64,000 nucleotides of DNA, from IMG/VR virus record IMGVR_UViG_2565956641_000003, positions 700 to 64,699 of that record. One strand, 5' to 3'. The notes under the pieces were generated by a model. The model was given only the letters and a program-made list of their open reading frames with translations. It was not told the DNA's origin and ran no database searches. This DNA is from a virus. Taxonomy: Duplodnaviria; Caudoviricetes. The position numbers and the translations under genes were made by a program. Positions 49,221 to 58,984 of the stretch are shown here, piece after piece (the stretch's first letter is position 1; each line of letters begins with the position of its first letter).

Positions 49221-49315
49221 TTTTTAATCAAGTTATTTGAATTATTCGATTTTAACAAAAGTCATCAGGTACTTAAAACAAAAAAGCCCACATTTAAGTG
49301 GGCTTCAGTAACAGA

Positions 49316-49726
49316 TTATGCCCGCAACATTTTTTCAGCACCAGCGGCTAAGAATGCAGAGCGAGATTTAAACTGCTTATCTTTACCCACCTTATCGTCA
49401 ATTAGACGAATTAACCGGCTTGGTAAAGTGACATTGATTTTTTCAGCCTTACCTAGATAACGACTTACATCAACATCAACAACAGCCCAAATAAAGCCTT
49501 TAAACTCATCATCATTTAAGTACTTACTTACCTCAGAGGCTAAAGGAATTTCCTCACCATCTTCGGCTAAGATTTCTAAATGACCTGCAATTGCATCTTT
49601 CACATTACTCAATGCCTCTTCAAAAGTATCACCTGCTGAGAAGCATCCTTTAATGTCTGGAACAATCACACCGTAGGCTTCAACATCTGAGCCTTTTTCT
49701 ACTGCAATTGGATATAACATACTCAC
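49316..49726 (-). CDS. hicB: HicB antitoxin
   Basis: VPDIKGCFSAGDTFEEAL, KINVTLP and SRSAFLA motifs. Confidence 0.93.
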   Translation of the reverse strand: MSMLYPIAVEKGSDVEAYGVIVPDIKGCFSAGDTFEEALSNVKDAIAGHLEILAEDGEEIPLASEVSKYLNDDEFKGFIWAVVDVDVSRYLGKAEKINVTLPSRLIRLIDDKVGKDKQFKSRSAFLAAGAEKMLRA

Positions 49727-49762
49727 CTCTTTTTAGAGAAAATCAAGTCTGGGTGAAGCGGG

Positions 49763-49945
49763 TCATTCTAGACCCGCTTGCTTCAAGATGCTTTTTACAG
49801 TGCCTTTTGGTAAATCCTTTTTAGGATGAGGTACTGTAACCAGTCCCTCTTTGGTAGGATGTTTGAAGTGATGATGACTACCTCTAACCCTTACCTCATA
49901 CCAACCATCTGCTTCGATGATCTTGATCAATTCCAGACTTTTCAT
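49763..49945 (-). CDS. hicA: HicA toxin
   Basis: GSHHHFKHP...VTVPHPKKDLPKGTVKSILKQAGL. Confidence 0.95.
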   Translation of the reverse strand: MKSLELIKIIEADGWYEVRVRGSHHHFKHPTKEGLVTVPHPKKDLPKGTVKSILKQAGLE

Positions 49946-49973
49946 TTTAACTCCATCTGTCTTGATGAGCTAA

Positions 49974-50016
49974 TTATAACCCTAGAGTTATAAAATATCA
50001 ATAACCCTAGAGGTAT
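49974..50016. promoter_or_regulatory. Tandem palindromic operators upstream of hicAB
   Basis: TTATAACCCTAGAGTTATAA and ATAACCCTAGAGGTAT. Confidence 0.65.
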
Positions 50017-50098
50017 TTTTTTAATTGTTTTTATAAAAAAAGCCCATCTTTTTGATGAGCTTATTGCATAGTACTAATGAATATTGAAAATCGTAATA

Positions 50099-50461
50099 TC
50101 AAGAATTTTCGGCTAAACATGTTGCTAATATTGTCGCATAGCCATATGTCATGTTAGATGTATACCCAGAAATATCCTGATCATTGATTTTAAAGTAATC
50201 ATTTTTATATGTATCTTCAACCATTTCAGTGAATTCTTTGGTTTGGTTTTTCCCCGACTCTAAATCTGAATATAAGACTTCTAACCCTTTAACTCTTTCT
50301 AATGCAACTTCTTTAGGAACACCATCAATTTTCCAAAATGCCGAAAGCACATGAAATTGAGCAATATTTTCACAATAATTTGCATGAGCAAAAGCAGGGA
50401 TAAGCATTAAAAGGAAGATTATTATTTTCATATTCTTTTTACTCAAAACAAAACCCCGCAA
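50099..50461 (-). CDS. Exported helical protein (start probably MKIIIF)
   Basis: Signal ending AHA; two Cys. Confidence 0.7.
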   Translation of the reverse strand: MRGFVLSKKNMKIIIFLLMLIPAFAHANYCENIAQFHVLSAFWKIDGVPKEVALERVKGLEVLYSDLESGKNQTKEFTEMVEDTYKNDYFKINDQDISGYTSNMTYGYATILATCLAENS

Positions 50462-50538
50462 TGCGAGGTTTATCTAGTGGATTACCATAACTTCGTCCAC
50501 TATATCAGAAATATGCCATATTGCGTTTAAACGGTCAA
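50450..50538 (-). promoter_or_regulatory. Putative Q-dependent late promoter pR' with tR' terminator
   Basis: TTGACC, 17 bp, TGnCATATT downstream of Q; then a hairpin with a T-run at about 50450-50471. Confidence 0.5.
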
Positions 50539-50539
50539 G

Positions 50540-50725
50540 CTATTCATATTCGAAAATAATTAAAGCACTATACTCAAATAAATTATCATCAGCATTGCAA
50601 GTAGTGTGACTGATGGCTTTGATAGAGATATGGTTGTTATTCTTTACGAGCTCGTGTTTTACCCAAGCATTAATTTCATCAGCTAGGCCTTCTGCTGAAT
50701 TTGATTCAAATGATTTGACTGTCAT
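50540..50725 (-). CDS. Small hypothetical protein
   Basis: Follows Q with RBS; YSALIIF end. Confidence 0.6.
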   Translation of the reverse strand: MTVKSFESNSAEGLADEINAWVKHELVKNNNHISIKAISHTTCNADDNLFEYSALIIFEYE

Positions 50726-50728
50726 TGA

Positions 50729-51163
50729 TTACTCCATTTTTAGAAAGTTATATTTACCAAGAAGATAGAATCTAGCACAACCAACAACAATGTTCACTTG
50801 CCCTTTGGATTGATTTGTAATATTTGCAATCGAACTTAAACTACGATTCTCTACCTTATGCTTAACTAAACACATCACTGCGTACTTTGCTTGATAATCC
50901 ACTGAATCACTCTTAAAAATACTTCTCAGCAACGCCTGTACTTGCTCTGCCTCAAAGTCACTAATCTCGCAACGGATATAACACTTCGAGTTACGTGGTG
51001 TTTTATCCGCTTCACGAATCAACCAATAGATCTGATTAACATGCAATCCATCAGGCAATTCACCACCTTTTAAACGAGCGGTTTCACACCAAGCGCCAAA
51101 TTGCTCAAGCCATCCATCAATTGTGTATTTAGACCAATCCATAATTCTCACCGCTGCGTTCAT
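50729..51163 (-). CDS. Late antiterminator Q-like protein
   Basis: WLEQFGAW, C.ISD.EA; position at end of early operon. Confidence 0.75.
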   Translation of the reverse strand: MNAAVRIMDWSKYTIDGWLEQFGAWCETARLKGGELPDGLHVNQIYWLIREADKTPRNSKCYIRCEISDFEAEQVQALLRSIFKSDSVDYQAKYAVMCLVKHKVENRSLSSIANITNQSKGQVNIVVGCARFYLLGKYNFLKME

Positions 51164-51172
51164 AATTGCCCC

Positions 51173-51592
51173 TTAAATATCTTCTAATTTTTTAAAATCA
51201 AATTTCTGAATATTTCTAACCTGATAAGCCAAATTTCTTAAATCAACAGTTTCGCTCCTAAGCTTGCTGTACTTAGTACCTATTTCCTGAACCTCAGCAA
51301 TCAAGCTCTCTATCCTTTGTTCGTGATATTTACGCTCTTGCGCCCGAACTTTAGACTTAATTGCCTTCACCTGCTGACGATACTGTGGGTATTTTTCAGC
51401 TCCTGATTTCATAAAATAATCACGCATGTAAGTGTAGAATTGACCTTGATTACCAAATACAAAAGCTGTGCAAAATATCAGATCAATCTGAACAATTTTT
51501 GGCATTGATTCATGACCAAACTCATGACGTTTTTGAATACCAATCCCAGTCAAACCAAAATTAATTAAAACTCCCATCACACAATCCCCCAA
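51173..51592 (-). CDS. Hypothetical protein
   Basis: Operon-packed ORF. Confidence 0.6.
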   Translation of the reverse strand: MGDCVMGVLINFGLTGIGIQKRHEFGHESMPKIVQIDLIFCTAFVFGNQGQFYTYMRDYFMKSGAEKYPQYRQQVKAIKSKVRAQERKYHEQRIESLIAEVQEIGTKYSKLRSETVDLRNLAYQVRNIQKFDFKKLEDI

Positions 51593-52050
51593 ATCAACAT
51601 ACCTGCATCACGCTGTTCTTGATTCGTTCGACCTTGCCAGCCTGTGATGCGATTAAATTCTTCTGAATTCTTTTTGGTTTTAGTTGGTCTTACCAACACC
51701 ACCGCCAAGCCCAATGATTCAGCCATTTCTACAAGTAATTTGCCTGTCGCATGGTTCTCACCTACATTCTTAGCAATTCGCTCACCTGCGCGCTTAGATT
51801 GACCAATACGACTATGTAGATTTGATTTTTTATTCATCCAACCCGCTTCGATCACCACTTTCTTGATCTGATCCTGGTGACTGCGGAATAGCTCAACAGT
51901 TTCAGCAAAAGTTAAGTTTTTCAGCTCGAATGACGGTCCTAAGACAGCCACCCCCGATTTTTCTAAGTCTGGATCAATACCAATGATGATATCTTTAGGA
52001 ATTTTCATTTTTACCACCCTATGCTTGACCACTTGCCACAGTAGCGACAC
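51577..52050 (-). CDS. RuvC-like Holliday junction resolvase
   Basis: IIGIDPD...SGVA, VVIE, RDA motifs. Confidence 0.75.
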   Translation of the reverse strand: MSLLWQVVKHRVVKMKIPKDIIIGIDPDLEKSGVAVLGPSFELKNLTFAETVELFRSHQDQIKKVVIEAGWMNKKSNLHSRIGQSKRAGERIAKNVGENHATGKLLVEMAESLGLAVVLVRPTKTKKNSEEFNRITGWQGRTNQEQRDAGMLIWGIV

Positions 52051-52104
52051 TGATAGGCTTCAAAATAGACATACTTAAAATTGTGTTTGCAGTTCTGCTG
52101 AAAT

Positions 52105-52392
52105 TTATTCATGCTCACCTCGCCTAATTTCTGTCTTTTCACTTGCAAGATATAAATCCACTTCTTCAAGCAAGGTGTTGTATTGCTTTTTAGACTCAGC
52201 GCTTAATTCAGATGCTTGCTTGTTGATCTCCATTGCCTCATTGAATTCTTTTAAGCTGTGAACTGGCTTATTTGCATCATCTTCAAAGCAGTTTGCAAAA
52301 TCTTGGAATCGATCAATTGACTCGCGATGCACTTGAATCCAATTGATAAACATCAACCCAATTTTTGCTAATTCTTGGTTATCCATGCCCAC
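52105..52392 (-). CDS. Hypothetical protein
   Basis: Operon-packed ORF. Confidence 0.6.
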   Translation of the reverse strand: MGMDNQELAKIGLMFINWIQVHRESIDRFQDFANCFEDDANKPVHSLKEFNEAMEINKQASELSAESKKQYNTLLEEVDLYLASEKTEIRRGEHE

Positions 52393-52711
52393 CCCTCAAT
52401 GCTTTTTCTAAAACATCAATCTGCGCTTCAACTTGATCACATCCCCACAAATCATTTTCAGCTTTAAGCCCTTTAAGAGCATACAAAGCTGATTCAATCC
52501 CCTTGTCTTTCTCCTTAATCACGCTTTCTTGACTCAATCCCACCTCTGCCATTTCATTGATCTGTGATTGAAGTTGGTTAATCTCAGCCTGTCGGGATTG
52601 CTGACCAGCCTCGAAATACAGCTTTTCAGTTTTAGGCTCACCCCATAATTCAATATGAGTTGCCAGGTTAACTTTACTTATTTTTTTGAAAGCATCTTCA
52701 AACTTATCCAT
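52379..52711 (-). CDS. Hypothetical protein
   Basis: Operon-packed; QQSRQAEI coiled coil. Confidence 0.6.
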   Translation of the reverse strand: MDKFEDAFKKISKVNLATHIELWGEPKTEKLYFEAGQQSRQAEINQLQSQINEMAEVGLSQESVIKEKDKGIESALYALKGLKAENDLWGCDQVEAQIDVLEKALRGGHG

Positions 52712-53153
52712 GACGTTCTGCCTCCAATCTGCGACCTGCTTTGATTTCTTCGGGAGTGGCGTGTTTAAACAATCCGCGAAATGCCCAAAAAGAATGGCTC
52801 ATATCTTGTGAGAATATTTTTATATCTAAATCCTTAACAATTTCAATTTTATGCAATTCTCTATCAAGCCCCGCTCGTCTAACGACAAAATCCCCCACCT
52901 TAAACTCGTCATGTTTTGCAATGGCGGTGCGAAGACTATCCAAGTCTGCCCAAGGATTTACATTAAATTCATCAATCCACTCACCATTTACTAAGTGTTG
53001 CGTATTAAAACCAACTTGACGAACATATTTTTTTCGTAATAAGCACCACTTAACTGGAAAATTAGATTCGGGCGCACCCTCCACAATCTCCCTTGCCCTA
53101 TCAATCCCACCTACTTTCTCAATCAAGCTTTGATCGTTGTTTATCGTTGTCAT
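52704..53153 (-). CDS. Hypothetical protein
   Basis: AREIVEGAP and HATPEEIKAGRR motifs. Confidence 0.65.
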   Translation of the reverse strand: MTTINNDQSLIEKVGGIDRAREIVEGAPESNFPVKWCLLRKKYVRQVGFNTQHLVNGEWIDEFNVNPWADLDSLRTAIAKHDEFKVGDFVVRRAGLDRELHKIEIVKDLDIKIFSQDMSHSFWAFRGLFKHATPEEIKAGRRLEAERHG

Positions 53154-53437
53154 AGTGTCACCTTAAATAATTCTTTCGCTTTATCTGTTAAAAAGAATCG
53201 ATGCTCATCTGAGTAAGAACAAACTTTACGTTTGATATACCCTGCACTTTCCAATTGAGATGTGTATCGTTGAGCTGTTCGAGTTGAAACATTAATTACT
53301 TTTTGCACTTCTGCATTAGTCGCAATTGGAGTCTCTTTAATCACTAGTAACACTGTCAGCATGCGTTCAAAAATAGCCACGTGTCCTTTAGGCATTCCAA
53401 CCCAATCCAAAGTCTTATCATCGTGTAAATCTTTCAT
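53150..53437 (-). CDS. Winged-helix DNA-binding protein
   Basis: VSTRTAQRYTSQLESAGYI. Confidence 0.75.
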   Translation of the reverse strand: MKDLHDDKTLDWVGMPKGHVAIFERMLTVLLVIKETPIATNAEVQKVINVSTRTAQRYTSQLESAGYIKRKVCSYSDEHRFFLTDKAKELFKVTL

Positions 53438-54186
53438 ACCGACTCCCCTTGCATCATCCGTTGATCACCCCAATTGCACTCAACCAGTGTCAAACCATCG
53501 TGTTGAAAGCGTGACCACAACCGATCACCCAAGTCTTTTTTAAGTTCGTCAAGAGTGAAATTTGAAATCAACATGGTTGCCTTACCCTCGTCATATCGGG
53601 AGTACAAAACCTTGTGAACCAGTTGCAATCTGTTCTCATGGCGATCGTGCAAACCATATTCATCAAGAATCAGTAAGTCATAGTCAGTAAAGCGGTAAAT
53701 CGCATTAGCTTCGCTGTCATCGGTTCTTTTCCAAGCATTGGCAATCTCATTAGCCATATCCTCAGAAGTGATATAGCGAGCTGATTTACGCTTATCCAAC
53801 ACGTTTAAAGCCACTGCACTAGAAAGATGTGTTTTGCCTGTACCAGTACGACCAACCATGATCAGATTACGAACCACACCACCCATGAAGTCTTTAGCAA
53901 ATGACATACATTGAGCTTTTGCATTACGCTGACCATCGTTAGAAACTAAATAATTCCCAAACCCACTTTGAGCATGGCGTAGTGGTAATTTCGCACCTGC
54001 AAAGTGTTTATCACGGACCATAGTGTTTACTGCGTGATGATGTTCTTTTTGACCACGATCTAGTAATTCAAATGAACACTGTTTGCAGATTGATCTACCA
54101 CGATAAACAACATGATTAGCTTGGTGCTTAGAACAAAACTCTGTTGATTGTTGATTATCAAAACTCACTGTAGACATTGCGTTCAT
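53434..54186 (-). CDS. DnaC/IstB-like helicase loader
   Basis: GRTGTGKT, LLILDE, ISN and GDRLWSR motifs. Confidence 0.9.
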   Translation of the reverse strand: MNAMSTVSFDNQQSTEFCSKHQANHVVYRGRSICKQCSFELLDRGQKEHHHAVNTMVRDKHFAGAKLPLRHAQSGFGNYLVSNDGQRNAKAQCMSFAKDFMGGVVRNLIMVGRTGTGKTHLSSAVALNVLDKRKSARYITSEDMANEIANAWKRTDDSEANAIYRFTDYDLLILDEYGLHDRHENRLQLVHKVLYSRYDEGKATMLISNFTLDELKKDLGDRLWSRFQHDGLTLVECNWGDQRMMQGESV

Positions 54187-55091
54187 ATCAAGCCCTCACA
54201 GTTAATATCATCGGTTGCTGGCTTGTACTGCTGAACATCACCCCAAGCGTCATTGACGTTACGTGATGCAGTTTTAGCTGTTTGTTTTTCAGCACGATCA
54301 ATCTTAGCCAGGTGTTTTTCGAATTCTTGAATCAACCATGCAGCAAATTTTCTTGTGCGTTGGTTTTCAGTCAGATCAATTTTGTTTTCCCAATGCGCAT
54401 TGAAATTACCTAAATGAAAATTGAAATCAGCAAGAGATAAAATTTCTTCACAACGTTGACTAAATTTTGTTTGAGCCAAAATTGTTTTTAAGAAACTCAG
54501 ATTTGGTTTCCAATTTTCGTTTTGAATCGAATTTTTTTCTGCGCTCTCTTGTGTGTGTATTTCTTTAATATTTTCTTTTAAATATATTTCTTTTACAGAG
54601 TGACATTTGATGTTACTAGTAGTGGAGACATTGGATGTACCCACACTAGTATCATTCAATGTAACTACATTTAATGCACCAGTATCATTAGATGTTACTA
54701 GTTCAGGCTTAATTCGATCCTCAAATGTGACCGTATAAGTTGTCGTTTTACCCAGATTTTTAGTAATGCGAATAAGTTGAAATTTGGCTAAATCAGCCAT
54801 ATTTTTTCGTACTGTTCTTTTGTCTTTGAAGCCCGTCAATTTCATAACTAAAGCTTCACCAATGGATTTGTTATCTCCGTGAAAGCCTTTGATGTGTCGA
54901 TTTAAAAGGATAAGGCATTTGATCGCCTCACCACTTAAAGCACTTAAATAACCTTCATCACAGATAAAATTAGGCAATGGAGTAAAGCCCTCTTCTTTCT
55001 TCGACATAGCTTGTCGCTCTTTTTTTGGAAATTGAACCAGCTCTCCTTGTGGGATAAGTGGTTCGTGTGCTAAATTTGTTTTCATATTCAT
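54183..55091 (-). CDS. Replication initiator (lambda O-like)
   Basis: GFTPLPN N-terminal wHTH; internal iteron-coded repeats. Confidence 0.82.
   Translation of the reverse strand: MNMKTNLAHEPLIPQGELVQFPKKERQAMSKKEEGFTPLPNFICDEGYLSALSGEAIKCLILLNRHIKGFHGDNKSIGEALVMKLTGFKDKRTVRKNMADLAKFQLIRITKNLGKTTTYTVTFEDRIKPELVTSNDTGALNVVTLNDTSVGTSNVSTTSNIKCHSVKEIYLKENIKEIHTQESAEKNSIQNENWKPNLSFLKTILAQTKFSQRCEEILSLADFNFHLGNFNAHWENKIDLTENQRTRKFAAWLIQEFEKHLAKIDRAEKQTAKTASRNVNDAWGDVQQYKPATDDINCEGLI
54600..54703. repeat. Putative iteron cluster (phage ori)
   Basis: About five CATTnnATG(T/C)(T)A units inside the O-like gene, beside an AT-rich tract. Confidence 0.55.
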
Positions 55092-55145
55092 TGGTTCCTA
55101 ATTGATGAATGGAAACCACTCCAGTTACCGCTGGTAGTGGTTTTT

Positions 55146-55466
55146 TTATTTAAATAAGATCCGCATGTATTCAGGCGAACTAAACGCATTACTCAAATAA
55201 ACTCGCGTTGCTTCCGCAATTTCTTGCGAACAATAAACATCATTTGCATTCACCACTTTCAATCCAATAGAACTCAACAAAGATGCAAAAAACTCAAGAT
55301 CAGTCAAGTTATTGGATTTCTTATCATTTTTCATGCGAGACAAAGTACTTGCATCAACTCCAAGTTGTTCAGCAACCTTTCCCTGATTAGAGGAATTAAT
55401 TGCTTTCAAAATGAGCGATACGTTATTGCTAGCGCTTGAGTTTTCTTCTATTGATACTTTGCTCAT
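55146..55466 (-). CDS. CII-like regulator
   Basis: QGKVAEQLGVDASTLSRMK; follows cro. Confidence 0.8.
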   Translation of the reverse strand: MSKVSIEENSSASNNVSLILKAINSSNQGKVAEQLGVDASTLSRMKNDKKSNNLTDLEFFASLLSSIGLKVVNANDVYCSQEIAEATRVYLSNAFSSPEYMRILFK

Positions 55467-55474
55467 GGTAGTTC

Positions 55475-55666
55475 CTAAGCAGAAAGTGCTTGTAGATTGG
55501 CCTTTAATTTGCCTTTGGTTAAAACTTGGATTCTTGCTTGAGTATCTACAGGAATACCTCTATGACGCCATTTGCTAATGGTTCCTCTAGTGACCCCAAG
55601 AATCGTTTTAGTAAGTTGAATATCGTTCTCAACTCCAAAATGGGTTTTTAAATCATCAACTGTCAT
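55475..55666 (-). CDS. cro: Cro-like repressor
   Basis: Short HTH divergent from cI; T.GKLKA end. Confidence 0.85.
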   Translation of the reverse strand: MTVDDLKTHFGVENDIQLTKTILGVTRGTISKWRHRGIPVDTQARIQVLTKGKLKANLQALSA

Positions 55667-55667
55667 G

Positions 55668-55749
55668 GTTTACCTTTATAAACTTATAGTTTCCAATAGT
55701 AAACCATAAGTTTATTTCTAATTCAATATGTTTGTTTACTATAGGAAAC
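55668..55749. promoter_or_regulatory. OR-like operators, three 16-bp GTTT(A/C)C-N4-G(T/G)AAAC-like sites
   Basis: 55668-55683, 55689-55704 and 55734-55749. Confidence 0.75.
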
Positions 55750-55767
55750 ATTAAAGAGGATGTTTTT

Positions 55768-56511
55768 ATGAGCACTATCAGCGATCGAATAATCCAAAGA
55801 ATGACCGAATTAAAAATTCGACAAGTTGATTTAGTGGAAGCAACAGGCGCTACAAAAGGTGCTGTGTCTAAATGGGTTGCGGGAACAAATATTCCTAAAG
55901 CTGAATTCTTACCACCTTTAGCAAAAGTTCTTAAGACATCACAAGACTGGCTATTAACTGGTGAGAATGAGCTAAAGAAAAATAACTTTAATATGCAAGA
56001 ATTTATGGATAAACACGGATTAACCCGAAAAGAAGAATCTTCGTTCGACGTTAATGATATCCATGAACCAACAGTTGTGGATTATGAAATTGAAAATGGA
56101 TTTATTTGGATTGATGTAGTGGAAGCAAACTTTTCATGTGGTACAGGTGAGTCTATAGAATTTCATTTTGATGTTGTTAATGGAAAGTTTCCCTTCCCCC
56201 CATCATTTTTTCAAAAAAAATATGTTGACCCTAGATGTATGAGAATCATTAAAGCTAAGGGTGACAGCATGTCTGACTTTATTCATGATGGCGATCTAGT
56301 AGGAATTGATATCTCTCAAACCGATATTATAGATGGCGAAATTTACGCTGTTTATTTTGAAGGTGAAGGCATGATTAAGCAGATATTTAAGGAAGAAGGT
56401 GGAAAGTTAAGTCTTCATAGCCTTAATCCTAAATATCGTGACCGTGAAGTGAGTGAATTAAACGGTTTAAATTTTAAAGTAATGGGTCGTCAATTCTGGC
56501 GTGCTGGATAA
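55768..56511 (+). CDS. cI: CI repressor (HTH + S24 peptidase)
   Basis: HTH, SCG cleavage region, GDSM, IK; ATG at 55768 after GAGG. Confidence 0.92.
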   Translation: MSTISDRIIQRMTELKIRQVDLVEATGATKGAVSKWVAGTNIPKAEFLPPLAKVLKTSQDWLLTGENELKKNNFNMQEFMDKHGLTRKEESSFDVNDIHEPTVVDYEIENGFIWIDVVEANFSCGTGESIEFHFDVVNGKFPFPPSFFQKKYVDPRCMRIIKAKGDSMSDFIHDGDLVGIDISQTDIIDGEIYAVYFEGEGMIKQIFKEEGGKLSLHSLNPKYRDREVSELNGLNFKVMGRQFWRAG

Positions 56512-56540
56512 TTACAATTTCTTAAATAAAAGAGAATGTT

Positions 56541-56849
56541 ATGATCGCAACACTTAATAAATACAAGACTGCGCTAACAATTAATCGTCAAGAATTCAAA
56601 TTGGCCTTAGCTAAAATTGGTGCAGGAATTGATAAACAGATAACCTCACTTAATAAAGCTAAGCAAAGCTATGATGCTGCAGAAATTGCACGTGAGGTCA
56701 TTACTGAAGCAAATATCTTTGAAGCGATTATCGAGGGGTTTAACGAAGCTGAGGAAACTAATCTAAAGTTGGCTGACATAACTAATCTCAAAGCAGCTCA
56801 AGAGTGGATAGATGAGTTTTTAGAAAAATATTCAAATATAAAAGATTAA
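56541..56849 (+). CDS. Hypothetical protein co-oriented with cI
   Basis: 102-aa helical ORF. Confidence 0.65.
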   Translation: MIATLNKYKTALTINRQEFKLALAKIGAGIDKQITSLNKAKQSYDAAEIAREVITEANIFEAIIEGFNEAEETNLKLADITNLKAAQEWIDEFLEKYSNIKD

Positions 56850-56897
56850 AAACTGCGAACCCGACGCAGTCCTTATAATGATCGGGTGGAGAAAAAA

Positions 56898-58009
56898 ATG
56901 GTTATACCTGATAATATTGTTTATATGCCATCTGTAAGAACTGGTAAGTATAATTTAGCAGCTTTAAAAGAGTTAAGCCCAGAAGTTAAATCGCAAATAA
57001 TCCCTAGAGTTATAGTTAGAGGGGATAATACTACCGATCTTGACTCTTTCTTAAATGACTGGAATGGAATGCCATTATTTTTAGAAATATCTAACTATTT
57101 ACTTGATATAGATTGTGTTTTAAACATCTCATTAAATGATAATAGTAATCATTTTTTAAATAAATTGAATTTTTTCCAAGAAAAATGCAGAATTTCAAGT
57201 AACTTAATTCCTGTAATTAACGAAACATCCAGCGAAAAATTAAGAGATATTGTTCAATTAGGTATTAAGACTGCTAACTCTTTTGGGTTAATTGGAATAG
57301 TTTTAGATGTATCTGCAAATTTTGATAAAAGCCTGAATATTTTAAATTCACTATTAGCAGCTTTTTCAGATGAAGCTATCTCAAGAACAATTTTGATTAT
57401 TGATTCAGGAAAAATTGATAACCTTAATCAAATTAATTTAGACAATTTAACAGAAGCGTTCAAAATAGTTAAAAATTTTAATTTTTATTCAATTATTACT
57501 AGTAGTACATCATACCCATCTACGCGCCCATCAGCAGGTGAAACAGCAACCCATACTTGTATCGACCCTGTTTGGCAAAATAGATTTAATAATCAATTAA
57601 ACAAAATTGAGAAAAAAATATATATGGTGATTATGCAGCAACAGATCCATCTGGTGAGGCTATAGAATTCGACTTTGCAGTACATCCAATTCCATATGCT
57701 ACATACCTTTTAAATGACTCTTTCGAGTGGTTTACATTAAGAGAAGGTAAAGGTGGGGAGTACGAAAAATTCAGAATAATTGCGCAAAAAATTCGCGATC
57801 AAAATGGTTATCATGGGGATGATTTCTGTTATGCGACCAATCAAATAAAGATTATTGCAGATCATTCTAGAAGAAAAGCTGGCAATCAGGCTTTCTGGAA
57901 TAAATTAAAAATAAATCAGCATATAAGTGCAATTATTAAATTAAATAATGATGGTTATCTTGGGGCTATTGGATTGAGTCATAATGAAGAAGATAATGAT
58001 GATGATTAA
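56898..58009 (+). pseudogene. T4 beta-family protein, frameshifted in an A7 tract
   Basis: One extra A at 57612-57618 restores KKNIYGDYAA...WNKLKINQHI, open to TAA 58007-58009. Confidence 0.75.
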
Positions 58010-58602
58010 GACTTTCGCTCCTTTAGTTTTTGCAAAACGTAAGGCTTTAAATCTTTTAAGCTAGAGCGCTCTGACAAAATATCCCGAATTTCATTTTTTG
58101 TCATTCGGGATTTTATTTCTAGAATATTATTTTGAGAAGCAAAACCAAGCAACTCATCTTTCCAAAGCAGGCCAGATAGGTCATAAAAATTTAATTTCTT
58201 GTTCTGTGATGCATATCGAACTACAGCAATAGATCCAGAATCATCAACCACCAACATACCGATATGTTTATCAGTAACTTCTAAAGCATGATGTAAGTGC
58301 TTGCCATGACTACACAGCCATATTTCATCAAAAACATTACTATAAGCTATCATTTGAGATAGCCATCTCTTTAAAGTATCTTTCTCCGACTTGATCTCAA
58401 AACCAACCAAACGCCCATTTGCTAGAGCCAAATCTGCACGAAACGAGCAATCCACAGTGGAATTCGGGTCTTTGTTCCAAAAGCCAAGTTCATTAATCAA
58501 AATATCGTTATGCTTGAGTTCAAATTTTTCATGGACCCAATCCCTTAGAGCTGTCCGAATATCATCTGGTCCTAAAATCTGATTTTTACTAAACATACTC
58601 AA
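58006..58602 (-). CDS. sce7726-family PD-(D/E)XK nuclease-like protein
   Basis: INEL, RADLA, GFEIKSEKDTLKR...Q..AYS.VFD and LLWKDEL motifs. Confidence 0.8.
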   Translation of the reverse strand: MSMFSKNQILGPDDIRTALRDWVHEKFELKHNDILINELGFWNKDPNSTVDCSFRADLALANGRLVGFEIKSEKDTLKRWLSQMIAYSNVFDEIWLCSHGKHLHHALEVTDKHIGMLVVDDSGSIAVVRYASQNKKLNFYDLSGLLWKDELLGFASQNNILEIKSRMTKNEIRDILSERSSLKDLKPYVLQKLKERKS

Positions 58603-58717
58603 CCTCTTTTAAAGAACTTAAATATCCCTACTTAAGCATTTTGGATTTTAGCAGATATCCCTAAAATATCAATTGAACATAACAGCCCCATACAACCCAC
58701 CCTGCGTGGGTTTTCTT

Positions 58718-58894
58718 TTACCTTAAATAAAATCCAAGACAAAACAAAAATACACCTGGTAACATGCATAGAAGACCAACAGCTTTGGCATCATGGACAC
58801 TATTTACATGCTTATGAAAATAATGTGGACCAAATACAATTCCCACAAATGATAGTAAAAAACCAAAAATTATTAAGAATGGTGACATAAGCAT
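58718..58894 (-). CDS. Possible 58-aa two-TM protein
   Basis: Hand-translated MLMSPFLIIFGFLLSFVGIVFGP...LFCLGFYLR; weak RBS. Confidence 0.35.
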   Translation of the reverse strand: MLMSPFLIIFGFLLSFVGIVFGPHYFHKHVNSVHDAKAVGLLCMLPGVFLFCLGFYLR

Positions 58895-58984
58895 GATCCA
58901 TATAGTTTGATTTTATTGTATATCACCTCATGAGTTGTTTGTTTTCATTTACCTGTGACACCGAAAACTTAAAGTCAACACCAA

